From contig OZ024746.1 of assembly GCA_964016885.1 (NCBI GenBank), positions 90,024,001 through 90,088,000 of the forward strand: 64,000 nt of DNA. The letters run 5' to 3'. Positions within the stretch are counted from its first letter, which is position 1. Each line of letters opens with the position of its first letter. The position numbers and the translations under genes are program-made. This document shows, in pieces, positions 1 through 13,015 of the stretch. This stretch comes from Eledone cirrhosa. Lineage: Eukaryota. The notes below the pieces were generated by a model that did not search any database, was not told the origin of the DNA, and saw only the letters and a list, made by a program, of their open reading frames with translations.

Positions 1-229
1 CTAGAGAAATGGAATGTCCCACTGCGGACTTTGCAATATGGAGCTGCTCCATATTTTAAAGTACCACAAAATGCTGCTTAGCATCAAGATAGAACGGTCA
101 ATTTTCTGTAGGCATAAAGCAACTACTAAATTCGTTAATTTCAAACCAACATGATTCGATCCAACAATCCCATAATTCAAACTGAACCACTTAGAGTCTA
201 TTATAATAACCCATTATTATTAACTGCCA

Positions 230-344
230 TTCTGAGTTCAAATCCCGCCGAGGTTAACTTTGCCTTTCATCGGTACGGGGTCGATAACATAAAGTACCAG
301 TAATGTACTGAGTAATTGCTGGCCTTGTGCCAATAGTAGAAACA
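230..344 (+). mobile_element. 5'-truncated tRNA-derived SINE (family A), with ~17-bp target-site duplication
   Basis: B-box-like GAGTTCAAATCC, central GCCTTTCATC..GGGGTCGATAA..AGTACCAG, 3' GGCCTTGTGCC..GTAGAAACAATT. Flanked by ATTATTATTAACTGYCA at 213-229 and 345-361. Confidence 0.85.
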
Positions 345-884
345 ATTATTATTAACTGTCAATAGATCAACTAATCACTGAATCAACATCATAACCTCCT
401 AACCTTTCTTTCTTCCACGAAATATTTCACTTCTTCCATTATATTCTATCATATTCTCTCAACGTTCACATAACTTCCAATTTATTAATTTATCCTTTAT
501 TTAGCACTGTACTATTTCTTCATAATATAATTTTACCAGTACATGTGTGTGTGTGTGATGTTTTCATGTTTATACCATCACAGCTCTATACTTTGACCAC
601 CACCAGCGCCACAACTGTTTTCGACAATCATATTATGTTCACTTTATTTCACACACTCATATATATAAATATGTGTGTGTGTTTGTGTATATATATATAT
701 ATATATATATATAGTAATAATAATAAATTTGAAGACTAAAATCCAAAGAGGGCTCGATAAGGATACATATATATCAAATATATAAGAACCGTAGTGAAAT
801 TATTTATTAAAATAACAGATTAAAGTTTTAATAAATAAATATTTATAAATATATATATATATATACGTGGATACCTCTATCTGC

Positions 885-896
885 TTCTCTATCTCC

Positions 897-994
<98 letters not shown>

Positions 995-1005
995 GGGGAG
1001 AGAGA
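885..1005. repeat. Compound (CT)n-(TA)n-(GA)n microsatellite
   Basis: Direct reading. Confidence 0.95.
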
Positions 1006-2109
1006 GGTATAGAGTAAAAGAGTGGGAGGGAGAGAGAAGAAAGCAGGAGATAGAAAGTTTATTTATTGGGAATAAATTGTCATAAACTTTCCCTAGTTAA
1101 GATGTAAACATTTGAATGGGTTGAAATATAGATATCTAATTCGATTTCAAAATAACCATGTATGATGTAGCAACATGGATAATATATTTATCTTTCCTAG
1201 ATATATAATCTGAACATTTAGTGAATAGGCGAAATGTCAGAAAAATATTTACTATCACATGATGAAATATCAGATAAACTTCATAATTGTTTGAAAAAGT
1301 ACTGACTCTTTCGGTAGGAAAGAGTAACATATTTTATATGAAAGATTATTGATGCACATGGAGTAGATATTGGAATTTATCGAATCCAATGTTCGGCCCG
1401 AGAACTGAAAATACTATACAGCTGTTATTTCGAGGTACGAATCTTAAAGATACAGATATTTCATCGTCATCTGCATCACTTCTATCATGTGGAAACGGAA
1501 AGTAAATCAAGAGAAAGTGTGTGTGTTAATTTTCCGAGTCTATGTGAATATATCGCTAGGTCAGTTGCAGCTCGCCTATCACTGAGAATTATCCCCAGCC
1601 GTGTGACTATTTGAAAGGTGACTTAGTATTATTGGCGCCTGAGCTTCATACTTACAATCAATACATTGAGAAAGGAAAGTCTTCTTGGGACAGTAATGGT
1701 AGATACTAATGCATAACATGGTCGTCCTCCAGCACAAGGAAACTGTGGATGGCTAAGGATAAGAGCAATGATGGTTATAATAATGTAGATGTTGATAATG
1801 ATTTAACTTGTATTTATTTTATAGAAAACCAAAATGTTCAATGGTAAATTTGACCTACAGCATGCTACAAAAGTTTAGAAATAGATTCTACATCACGTGT
1901 TATCAGACGTCTACAAACTCTACTAATCTATCACACTTACGATTAATATAGATATCTGTTTAAAGACGTACAATGGTGAAACTGTTAGATATATGGAATG
2001 TATAACTTGGTTGAAATTGTAAAAAAATACAAACATAGCGGTTCATATTTCATATATAAATTAAACAAACGGATGTGCATGTCCATCTGCTTATCTCAAA
2101 TTATAATGT

Positions 2110-2326
<217 letters not shown>

Positions 2327-2339
2327 AGGGGAGGTGGGG

Positions 2340-3335
2340 TAGAACACTGGAAGGTAATATCCGTAGTGGGAGAGCACTCAGTCCATGGCGCGATTTAGGT
2401 AGAAGTGGTTACACAAAGGTTAGTAGCGCCATACCGAGAACAATTGATTCACCTTAGCAGATCTTCATCTCGTACTGGTCGTGGTTATACGGAACAGGAA
2501 GAACAACCGTATGAACGCGCATGCGTAGAAAGGGTAACTTCATCCAAGCGAGGCAAAGCCACGGGCGAAATGTGTATGTGAGATAACTGCAAAAGTCGGA
2601 AAAGATGTTCGAGTTGATAAGAAAGATAGGATGTTATTGTTATTCAACCCGGAGCTTTGTAGTTATGCAAAAAGTGTTTCCAGACATGTGGATAACGTGA
2701 GAAGATTTCATTCTTTAAATTTAGGAAATCACTATTGCGTAATCTCCTTAGAATATTTATCCTTTCTTCAATACACAGTCCACACGACGGATTGCCACTT
2801 GCTTCGACTTAGTGATGGCTTTCTATTGAATGAAATAGTCTATACCTAAGTTCTTGAAGGACCATAAGTGGCTCGCGAGTTTTGTGGCTGATCGTTTGTC
2901 CAGGAACCTAAAGGTCGACTCATGTTTCAGGAAGCGCTCCCTAAATCGGACCCTCCCCCCACCATACCCACATATGATTTGGCCTCCTGTGGTAGATTTG
3001 GTCGGTTGGAAGTGACCAAAGTTTCATAAACTACAGCGGGCGTGTTGCATTGCTGTTGAAGGGTCCAAGCTTTAAGCTTTCGGCATGAGCATCCTGGTGG
3101 AGTGCCTCTGTTAAGGCAGTTGGTGATGTGGGCCTTCATATTCTTAGCGCTGGGGTTCCCTAGTTTAACTCTGTGACTCTTAACGATAGAGCGGTATTTG
3201 TGAACTATGGGAAAGTGTTCATCTTATAGTGCTAAAAATCATACATTTGATTTAACGGTGAGTGGGAAGAGAGGAGAGAACCAGATAGTTTGCCTATTGT
3301 TTCTTTTCTTATTGCTCTTGTTGTTAGTTGGGGAT
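2340..3335 (-). mobile_element. Penelope-like element, inverted 3' part (GIY-YIG region + pLTR with decayed HHR)
   Basis: Diverged reverse complement of ~4350-5268. ORF 2927-3139 gives MKAHITNC..GCSCRK..C..VVYETLVT..SYVG, a PLE GIY-YIG signature. Confidence 0.85.
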
Positions 3336-3580
3336 TACTTATAAACATAGTTAAGACCATTAGGACCAAGTCCAACCTGTCTCAATGGGAGAACAGTGAC
3401 TCCGTCATTAAGTGGTTTAACTCCTTCAACTCCAAAAAAGCGAAGTTCACGCAATTTGACATTGTAGATTTTTACCCATTTTCTCAGAGACCCTGTTAAA
3501 CAAAGCGTTGGACTTTGCTACCCATTATACTACCGTCGATGTTTCGACAGGGAGATCATCGCACACTGCCGAAAAACCCT

Positions 3581-4056
3581 CCTCTTCAACAACGGAGTAG
3601 CTTGGGCAACGAAGTCAACCACTTCAGATATTGTCGACGTGTCCATGGGATCGTTTGACAGTGCTGACGTATGCGACTTGCTTGGGCTATTCATTTTAGA
3701 CATATTACGGGTTATATTCCGGGACTTCCACACGGGAATAACCGCGACGATGGTCTGACCATATCGAGCCATAAAATTGGCCACGATCTGGACCGGATTA
3801 AAAAAGACTTAACTTCTACCTCTTCAACAACGGAGTAGCTTGGGCAAAGAAGTCAATTACTTCAGACAATTTCGACGTGTCCATCGGATCGTTTGACAGT
3901 GCTGACGTATGCGACTTGCTTGGCCTATTCATTTTAGACCTAGTACGTGTTAGATTCCCAGACTTCCACACGGGAATAACCGCGAAGATGGTCTGACCTT
4001 ATCGAACCATAAAATTGGCCACGACCTGGACCGGTTTAAAAAAGACTTAACTTCCA
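3581..4056 (+). repeat. Internal tandem duplication (~238 bp x2) in the PLE RT
   Basis: CCTCTTCAACAACGGAGTAGCTTGGGCAA begins at 3581 and 3819; both copies end in AAAAAAGACTTAACTTC. Confidence 0.9.
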
Positions 4057-5220
4057 GCTTTAATGAGTTAGGACTTATGATAACATTAATACCAACCTCT
4101 CTAGCGTAGCTTTCTTAGACATTAATTTAGACCTTCGCACCCATACCTTCAGACCCTTCCATAAGCTAAACCAAAAGCTTAATTACATAGACAAGGACAC
4201 ATACTATCCCTACTGTTTTTAGAAACTCCGTAAATAATATCAGTACTAGAATCTCTAACCTCTCCTGTAATAAGGCTATCTTTGACAGAGCGGGGCCCTA
4301 CTGTAAAACGGCGTTAGTTAGCAGCGGCTTCTCTCAAACAATTACTTACTCCCCCACTAACAACAGCAGCATTAGGGAGAAGAAATCATAACAATAGACA
4401 AAATATCTGGTTATCTCCTCCCTTCTCACTCAACGTTAAAACTAATGTAGGAAAAAATGTGTAGCCCTCTTAATTATCACTTTCCCATATGTCACACATA
4501 CCATTCCATCTTTAACAGACACATAGTAAAACTAGCGTACTCCTGCGCTAAGAATATGAAGGCCGACATCATCAACAGTCCTAAGTGAGGCACCCCGCGA
4601 GGATGCTCTTGCCGAAAGCTTTAAGCTGGTACTTTTCAACAACAAAGCAGCACTCCCCCTGTAGTTTATGAATATGTGGTCACTTCCAACCGACCAAATC
4701 AAACACAAGACGGCAAATCCTATGTGGGTGTGGAAGGGGGCCGATTTAAAAAACGCTTCCTGAAACATCAGTACTTTCATGTACCCGCACAAACGATCAG
4801 CCACGTAACTCGCTAGCTACGTATGGTCCCTCAAGGACTCAGTTATAGACTACTCCATTCAATGGAAAGCGATCACTAAGTCCAAGCCATACGCTAGGGT
4901 CAATGCGTAGTGTTGACTGTGTATTGAAGAAAGGATATTATCCTGAGGAGTTCACGCAATAGCGAATGGTTAAATTCAAGAAATGAATCTCCTCACGTTG
5001 TCAACATGTCTGGAAATACCTCTTGCATAACTGCAAAGCTCCGGATTGCATAACTGCAAAGCATCCTTATTTTCTTATCAACTTGAACATCTTTTCCGAC
5101 TTTTGCAGTTATCTCCCTTACACCTTTGACCCGTGGTTTTGCATTACTTTGGTGAAGTGACCATTTCTGCGCATGCGCGTTCATACGATTGTTCTTCCTG
5201 TTCCGTTTAACAACGACCAG

Positions 5221-5256
5221 TACGAGCTGAAGATCCGCTAGGGTGAAACAATTGTG
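5221..5256 (+). ncRNA. Hammerhead ribozyme remnant in PLE pLTR
   Basis: gag-CTGAAGA-tcc gcta ggg t-GAAAC-AATT-GT. The 3' strand of stem I is deleted here but is present in the inverted copy (2434-2475, GTTctcgg). Confidence 0.6.
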
Positions 5257-5287
5257 TTACCACTTCTATATATATATATATATATAT

Positions 5288-5532
5288 AGAAGACTGAGGA
5301 GACTGAGGTTAGCTGGACATGCTCACCGACACCCAGAGTTGACATTGCACTCAGTGCTCCTTTGGGAGCCCCTACATGGACACACTAGAAGAGGAAGACC
5401 AAGGTTAACGTATGTTGATGCCCTAAGGACAGACACTCGTCTGTTGGAGACGCAGGACATGGTAGCGATAATGAGGGACAGAGACCGCTGGAGAGAACTC
5501 GTCCATGGATCTCGGGAATTTTACCCGCCTTA
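5288..5532 (+). mobile_element. RTE-clade LINE 3' fragment inserted in (TA)n
   Basis: RRLRLAGHAHRH..VLLWEP.HG..RRGRPRLTYVD..DRDRWRELV is the typical RTE ORF C-terminus. Confidence 0.85.
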
Positions 5533-6879
5533 GATATATATATAAAATGTTATATTTGGTGAATGTCATGTCACCAACATTGCTAATTAGAAAGACACAT
5601 TTTGATATTAATTTGTTTGTTGATATATATATATATATATGTATATATATAAAGAAAAACGAGGAAGTTTCCACTACACGTATTAAGTATTTTATTGAGT
5701 ATCGAGCTACGTACATTTCTTAGAGGATTGGCTAAGTTTGACCCATAGAAGTTATGTGCCCGACTGAATTACCTATCTATACTTTAGACTGCTGATTCAA
5801 CACAGAATACAGTATTTGTGATGATTTGTGAGATGCTGTGTATATATAAATATCGGCCAGAGTACGCCATACTTGGGGTAGTAGCTGTCGAAACGGCGGT
5901 AGTTATCAATCTTTATATATATATATGTGTGTGTGTGTGTGTGAATATTCAGGGGCTTTTGATTAAATGTCCCAATGATTTGTTTAGAGAGAAAATTCAT
6001 TTTAGAGGGAACTAAATCAAGACTAACAGAAAAATAGATAAATAACAAGTACAAAACACTAAATATGTTTTAGTGATTTAAAGCACCAGAATGAAAATAA
6101 AATTTAAAAACAAAATTATTCTATTAAGTGCAGAACATCTAATAAATCATGAGCTATCTTTCTTTTGATTTATTTAGCATCTGTAAACAGTGCAAACATT
6201 ACTTTTCAAATTATTAACATATATGGTTCGGAATGTTAGATTGTAAATAAAGAAATTTTGCGGAAAACCTAATCAGGTTTTGTATCTTGGAAAAATAGTA
6301 AATTGATTATATGAAATAAACAATATAAACAAGCTAGAAAAAGAAATATAAAGTCTAGAATGAAACAAATCCTAACAAAAATTTAAAATTAGATCAATCG
6401 AGGGAATTTACAGAAAAGTATTTTCAGATAAATAAATAAACTGATTTATTGAAACATAACGTATAAATTAAAATTTTCATTGATATATTTTGAATAATTT
6501 GAAATGCGTATAGGAAGAACATTTTAAATCGAGAGAAAAAATATATTTGATTCGTCAAAGTAACACCGAACTGTTTGATATATATTATTATTTGTCATTA
6601 GATTATATTGTAGTTGTTAAGAATTATATCATTCATAATTACATTAAGAAATAATTTTAGATTGATACTTCCTAGTTAGGTTAGTTTAAATTATTTAATT
6701 ATTGTTGTAAATGAACTTAACGATATCATGCAAAACGTTCATTCGACCTCACAAAAGTACATGCATAAGCATTGATTTAAATATAAAATTCAATAATGAG
6801 TTAAACATAAAATTTGATTCTAGATATTTATGTCAACTTATTACTGGAAAAATCGTTGGAGAAGAGTAATTGAATATGC

Positions 6880-9530
6880 CTGCCAGCTGTCCTGTTAGAA
6901 GTAAGCGTCTCCGATTTATACGAGAGGACCCCCAAGCGTGGCTAACTAACGCGGCTGATGTATTTCGTCCCAGAATCATGCTTGAAGCCTTCCCCTTTGT
7001 TTGGTGCCCGGAAAATCAGTAAAGCGATTATTTTTTGGGGACTCACTGACCACGTCCATAATGTTGGAGCTGTGATCTCTCAATTCTGAGAAATTGCGGC
7101 TGTACAAAGGATAGCACGCTGATATGCGTGTTAGAAACTAAATCGAGTATCATTACTTCGAAGTTACATCGGGGGGAAAGAAATACTTCGATCGCTCGTG
7201 CTCATGATCATAACTTTTCAGTCGTTACACAATATTCAAAACTATTGGTAAGGAAGATACGAATTCTGAATTGAAGATTCACATTTAAACCTACATCCCT
7301 TCTTCTGATGATGGGATGCAACAACTTCTGCAATTCTTGCACCTAATTCAGCCTCTTGACTTTCATCCCTTGTGGACAGGACACCCATATGCATGAACAT
7401 CTTCACCCAGTTCAGAAAACCTCCTCTCACAGGCAGGTCACAATCCAAAGGCTTCCTTGAGTCAATGAGACTCAGTTTTTCTAACTTTAGTCTCCATTTA
7501 TGCCATGCAGCACTCGGAATCAAACCTACACGTTGCTTATCGGAGACTATATTCTGAAGAGTTAAGTATTACGATGACGTCTGCAAATTCGAGATGACTG
7601 ATCGACACCCACCAGGGTTGATATCACTTTAAACCAGGTTGCGCATGTTAATTGTCTCTATGAAGTTTGTGAACAAGAATGACAGGAATATGCAGATTCG
7701 TTAGAATCTCTCACCCACATCGAATGATTTCAACTTAGCACCATTTATCTGCACAGAAATACTTGGGTATGCGTATAGACATACCATAGCCACAAAGAGC
7801 TGTCTATCGATCCAATAGTTCTGTATAACGTTCCACAACAGATACAGTGGAACGTAGCTATATGCCTTTCGCATATCTGCGACACAAGCATACATTCCCT
7901 GGTAATACCTCGACGGTTTCTTGAAGACATGAGTCAGTCTGAAAATTGGCTGTGCTGCATCCTTGGGAAAAAAACACACTCTTAGTCATCTAGCTTGGAC
8001 TACAAAATATCTCGACATCTATTTGTCAGAAATTTAGCGTACACTTTCCCTATAATGTTTAACAAGTAAATCACTCATTACTTTGAAGCATTCTCTTTGT
8101 CTCCTTTTCTGACAATAGGGATTATCTGTCTCCACTGCCATTACCCATGATCCTTTCCTCAGAGCTTGACCACCCGTCACACCATTCTATATTTAAGGGT
8201 TTTATCCTCTCGTTCCAATTCCATCCTTTGCAGCCGCCCTGCCACAATTGAGCTATTTAATTACACTTGTGGTCACAGCCTCTGAAAATTTAAACATTAC
8301 TCCTCGATGGATGTTGTGCACATCAGAATATACTTTTGTGATCGGCTTCAGCGGATCAAGTAATTATTCTCTCCACGTCACTGTGATGCACTCTCTAAAA
8401 TGGGGAGACACCGGACGCATTATTGATAGCATGCGTGGAGGATATCTTCATATTACAAAGTCTGCGGATGATCTGCCAGAACATTTTGTTTGCTGATTTG
8501 AAATCGGATTCCAGCTTAATCCCAAAGTCCACCCATGTCTTAACTTTGGATGCCTGCACTGCCTCGGCTGCGACTTTTTTTCCGTACGCCTCTACTGAAA
8601 GAGCAAGGAGGAAGACATATTTCCAAAACAAGCTGTCTAACCTGCTTCATTGTTCGGATAGAAGCTTTGATGATTGATTGAACCAAGGGCTCATCCCCAT
8701 TTACGGCTCCACATGGAGCCTCCTTCGCGTGCAGTAATTAACAACTGAAGCAGAAACCACCGAACTGCTCTGTTACCATTCCGATTGAAATTCCTCAGTT
8801 TGCTTAAGGAGGTCGCTGAATTTTGACACAGCGCTTCCCTTTGAATCCTGGGTGTCGAGCGTAACTATCAGTTTTTCTGGGCATGTTTGGCTTAATGTTG
8901 TCTGAGTCTACATGTACCAAACTAGTGACTGGCGCAAATCTGACCAAGAAAACACTGCAATATAAACGGAACGGGTAAAGCCATTCATACCACATCAATT
9001 GCTTGGCGGTATACCAAGGGACATATTCAGGTATTATGTGGTATGTCCCGTTCGAAAAAAAAAATGTGCAGCCTCCTCCTAACGATACAAGAAAGGCCGA
9101 ATGACATGCGACCTGTCCTGTGAGGTGTCTTATAGAAGCACAATGGTTATGTATCGCAAGACCCCAGAGATTGACCGGAAGGTTGCACATCTTCACAATG
9201 TTTAACTGAAGCAGGACCAATCGTAGGAAAGCAGATGCTACCGGAGAAATAAACTCATCAAAGATTGTAGTTTGTTACTGTTACTGGATGTAGGATGGAA
9301 TCTCTGACATCCCAGTGAGGCAACATAAAATACTGCACATGTTCGAATGTGGGTACTACCAAGCACCCGACTGTCAGAATGTGATATCCACTGGATACCA
9401 TTTGGAGGGAGGATTTGGCTCTTTAGTCTCAAGGTGAGAGAAATGTCTGTGGTTAGAGCAATTTAATGTGGCAAGCAGAGAGCCCGAGTAGAGGACCTTC
9501 CTTGATGAAGTTACTGCAGCGTTATATACT
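6880..9530 (-). mobile_element. Degenerate RTE-type LINE (endonuclease + RT fragments)
   Basis: Minus-strand pieces YACVADMRKAYSYVP..LW, SISVQING...SFDVG, VKMFMHMGVLSTRDE..EAELGARI, KVKTWVDFGIKLESDFKSANKMFWQIIRRL; heavily disrupted. Confidence 0.75.
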
Positions 9531-9779
9531 TTTATGACTAAGTCATTTATCCGAATGTGAGGATTCTATGCAAACACTGTCACTGTCTACCTGACATGGA
9601 CAGGAGTGATTTGAATGAACAGTGATATATATCTGCATATGAATGGAGTAGCCTTATTAGACTTCTGTTCCAGCAATATTTCTCTATTATAAACAGCTAC
9701 ATCCAGCATAAAATCCATAAATACATATAGTATAAAATCCATAAAAAACATCCATAAATACATATAGTATGATAGGAAT

Positions 9780-9860
9780 CGGGGAAGGAGATCAGTAATT
9801 CTGTGCGAGATGTCCATGCTAAAAGAGGGGCTGATGTGCCAACTGATCAAGAAATCCAGT
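9780..9860 (+). mobile_element. Small RTE endonuclease fragment
   Basis: SVRDVHAKRGADVPTDQ resembles the DVRVKRGADxxSDH end of RTE APE domains. Confidence 0.45.
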
Positions 9861-10789
9861 CTCTAATCAATTCACGAGAGTAGCTGTTACAGAAATGAGT
9901 GATAACATTTATTCCCTTTAAAGTTTAAACACTGAGAGGAATGTTTGTAGCAATACATTGAACAAATTTGTCATATGTAACTTGTCATATGTAACTTGTG
10001 TATTGAATGAAATATATATTTTCATACTGTCGTAAGATGTTACTATGTGTATGGAAGCCTTTTGGTAAGTCAACGTACAACATATTCAATAATCTTCAGA
10101 ATCAACACAGAAAAACATAATATGTAAATTGGCCAGTTTTATTCATTTTGATTTTGATATATAACGAGTTTGAAGCATTCAGTGTACAAAACTTGTCATT
10201 ATCGTTGAGAATTGTGATAACTTTAAATTCCGAACTTTAAAATACATGTCACTCAAATTTAAAGAAAAAAGCATTTATTATACATGACATGTACATTAAA
10301 AATATACACGCTAGTTTAAGAGCCTGTCTGAAATTAAATCCCGTACAAGAAATGTAAAAACTAAAACAAATTAGCCTTAGAAAATATATACAATATTAAC
10401 ATGCATTAAATATATGAACAAGATAGGGAAAATAATCTATATATGAAAGGACACAAATTACCAAGAAATAATGGCTAATGAGACTATTGAAAATTTACGT
10501 TAAGCTGACCAAGAAATAATTGTCCCACAAAAGTATGACGAAATATGAGAACGAGCTAAGCAGAGAATGTTGTAAACATTAAAATAATATGTAGGTAGAC
10601 ATAAGTGAAGCCTTTTAAACCAACGAGTTATGTTTCTATGATAAAAAGCGCTTAAGAATAAAAACACAAGGAATAATTAATAACAATAAAACTACAATTT
10701 CTTCCATACTTAAGGAACTCCAATATAACTTGATTAAATGGATCAAACAAAAGTCACATGATTTCCATGAATATTGATATATAAATAAC

Positions 10790-10979
10790 TGTTTCTACCT
10801 TTGGCACAAGGCCAGCAATTATCCCAGTGACAGTACTGGTGCTTTATTTTATCGACACCGTAAGGAACAGAGGGAAAGTTAACCTCGGCGGGATTTGAAC
10901 TCAGACCGTAAAGAACCGTAACTCTATGCTGCAAAGTATGGTACCCGACGCCCTACTGATACTGCTATTCCACCGCCCT
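10790..10979 (-). mobile_element. Full-length SINE family A
   Basis: Minus strand starts GGCGGTGGAATAGCAGTATCAGTAG (A-box), has B-box GAGTTCAAATCC and the family 3' end. Degenerate TSD ATATTGATATA on both sides. Confidence 0.9.
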
Positions 10980-11227
10980 CTATATTGATATAGAAAGAAC
11001 GCAACACAATTAAACACATTATATGCAAAGTTATAAAAGATAGAAAATAAAAATATCTGAATGTATCAACAACAACAGGGAATAAAAAAAGATATAGGGT
11101 AAGAAATATGGACAGCAAATATATCTCCACTGCAGAAACTTATTATTCCTGAGAAAAATATGAAAAGTTGAAGTAACTGAGTCGTGGCACAAACGCTGTA
11201 TATTAGAATGTGAAATAGAGTAATAAT

Positions 11228-11411
11228 TGTTTCTACTTTAGACACAAGGCCAGCAAATACCCAGTGCATTACTGGTACTTTATTTTATCGACCCCGTAAG
11301 GATGAAAGGCAAAGTCAACCTCGGCGGGATTTGAACTCAGATCGTAAAGGGACGTAACTATGCTGGAAAACATGGCGTCCGACCTTCTACCGATACTGCC
11401 AATCCACCGCC
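11228..11411 (-). mobile_element. Full-length SINE family A with perfect 16-bp TSD
   Basis: TSD GAAATAGAGTAATAAT at 11212-11227 and 11412-11427; A/B boxes present. Confidence 0.95.
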
Positions 11412-11485
11412 GAAATAGAGTAATAATATACATCGCTTCTTTCTAAAATATTTCCCAAGGGTATAATAAGATATGTATTTCATAT

Positions 11486-11670
11486 AATTGTTTCTACTTT
11501 TGGCACAAGGTCAGCAATTATACATTCTATTACTGGTACTTTACTTTACCGACTCTGTAAGGATGAAAGGCAAAGTTAACCTCGGCGGGATATGTACTTA
11601 GACCAAAAAGGACCATAACTCTTTGCTGCAAAGCATGGCGTCCGACCCTCTACCGATACTGCCAATCCAT
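11486..11670 (-). mobile_element. SINE family A
   Basis: Alignable over nearly the full length to 11228-11411. Confidence 0.9.
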
Positions 11671-11731
11671 AATGAAGCTACACATATCACGTAACGATCT
11701 CCGTAATACAAAAGCATGTTAATTTCTTATA

Positions 11732-13015
11732 CAGGGTGACAAAACAACAGGCCCCATATTTATTTATGTTTGCAGTATTCATCTTTTGACGAATGTAATT
11801 TAAAAACAATATATTCCTAATTCACCATGATTCAAATGATGCCCCATTTGAATCCATGCATTTTTGAGGCATATGTTTACTATAACGTATTTAAAAGCAT
11901 TCATGAGGATGGTTCTGGTCCCCTCTCTGATATTCTCGGTATGGTTGTCATATACCGTATTCTTCAGATTGCGCTAAAGAAGGAAATCAAGGTGGTTAAT
12001 TCCGAGCTGTGTGGGGCTGACCAAAAATCAGTCTTTAACAATTCTTATGATTTCCAAAGTTTCATTTCACCTCATCTTGCGAACGTATTCATTAAAGATG
12101 GATACACTATATATAGGACAGTTTCGAAGAGAAACATGATTTCCACATGGTGTTACATTTCGAAGGTAACAGTGAACTCATATTCATCGAAGAATGGGAC
12201 AATCAGTTCTCTCTCAGAAATAGAAGACATGATGGTACATGTATTAGAGGGGAGAGGTTTCACAGCCATATGAGTGGGATTCTCTGAACCCCAGAAAACA
12301 TTGTTTTAGGGGTTGATTGTCCACTTCCCCAGAATTTTCACAGCCATAACCATTCTCTTGGGATCTTGGGATTATCAACTATATTGTCCTTTTTGTTTAC
12401 ACTGTATCTGCTGGGGTACTTCTTAAGATATTATTTGACAAATCTTCTGCAAGATTATGTGGGGAGAATCAAGGACTTGTTTCTACTGCGTAGCGATCCT
12501 TTGAGCTCTGTTCTACAGACTCTTTAAACATGTGAATAAGTCATTTGTACATTTCTTGCGTCGTCCAGAGTGGATACCGCGGTCCTCATACATTGTATTA
12601 AGGTGCTCCTTTATCTCATAGGTCTCAATCCTCTTTACACGATTTTGTACATAGGCTTTGAAGAAAAATTTGCCAGTTGAAATAAAGGCTTGACATTCTT
12701 CCTGTACATGTCTGTACGAGTCACATAGAAAATTCGGTGTCGGAGCTCTCAATTGGTGTCTTGTTGTCTTCTCAGACCTTTTATCTCTCATGTCAATTTA
12801 ATTGTTTCTACTTTTGGCACAAGCCAGCAATTATTTCAGGGTATTACTGGTACTTTATTTCATCGACCCCATAAGGATGAAAGGCAAAGTTAACCTCGGC
12901 GTGATTTGAACTCAGATCATAAAGGGCCGTCTCATATCAATTTAATGTTGGTCATGTACACAATGAATGTACAGTGACAACACGTTCGCGGGCCAGTTTG
13001 TTTTTCGTCATCTTG
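11732..13015 (-). mobile_element. Decayed Tc1/mariner DNA transposon with TIRs
   Basis: Left TA|CAGGGTGACAAAACAACAGGCCC and right GGGCCAGTTTGTTTTTCGTCATCTTG|TA are imperfect TIRs with TA TSD. Minus strand has FWGSENPH and a WxPxSxELTxLD remnant of WPPxSPDLxPLD. Confidence 0.8.
12803..12929 (-). mobile_element. 5'-truncated SINE family A nested in the mariner
   Basis: Family sequence flanked by TSD TCTCATRTCAATTTAAT (12786-12802, 12930-12946). Confidence 0.9.

Larger units (their letters stand above)
3336..5268 (+). mobile_element. Degenerate 5'-truncated Penelope-like retroelement (RT + GIY-YIG endonuclease + pLTR)
   Basis: Broken frames give NLSQWENSDSVIKWF, FTQFDIVDFYP, FDVSMGSFDSADVCDLLGLFIL, FLDI, IWxxPPFSLNVKTNVGK, VKLAYSCAKNM, SYVG, LASYVWSLK, LNSRNE. 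Many stops and frameshifts; ends in (TA)n. Confidence 0.9.

Noticed and set aside
5695-5735. Minus-strand GAAAT-GTAC-GTA..AATAAA half-hammerhead
   Set aside because: No CUGANGA half found.
8804-9220. 138-aa minus-strand ORF within the RTE relic
   Set aside because: No recognisable motif and a non-ATG start; likely a chance ORF or unrelated insert.
11228-11411. tRNA gene candidates in SINE heads
   Set aside because: A/B boxes are present, but there is no cloverleaf, and the copies have TSDs and a SINE body.
11827-12273. 148-aa plus-strand ORF
   Set aside because: Antisense to the decayed mariner transposase; no recognisable motif.
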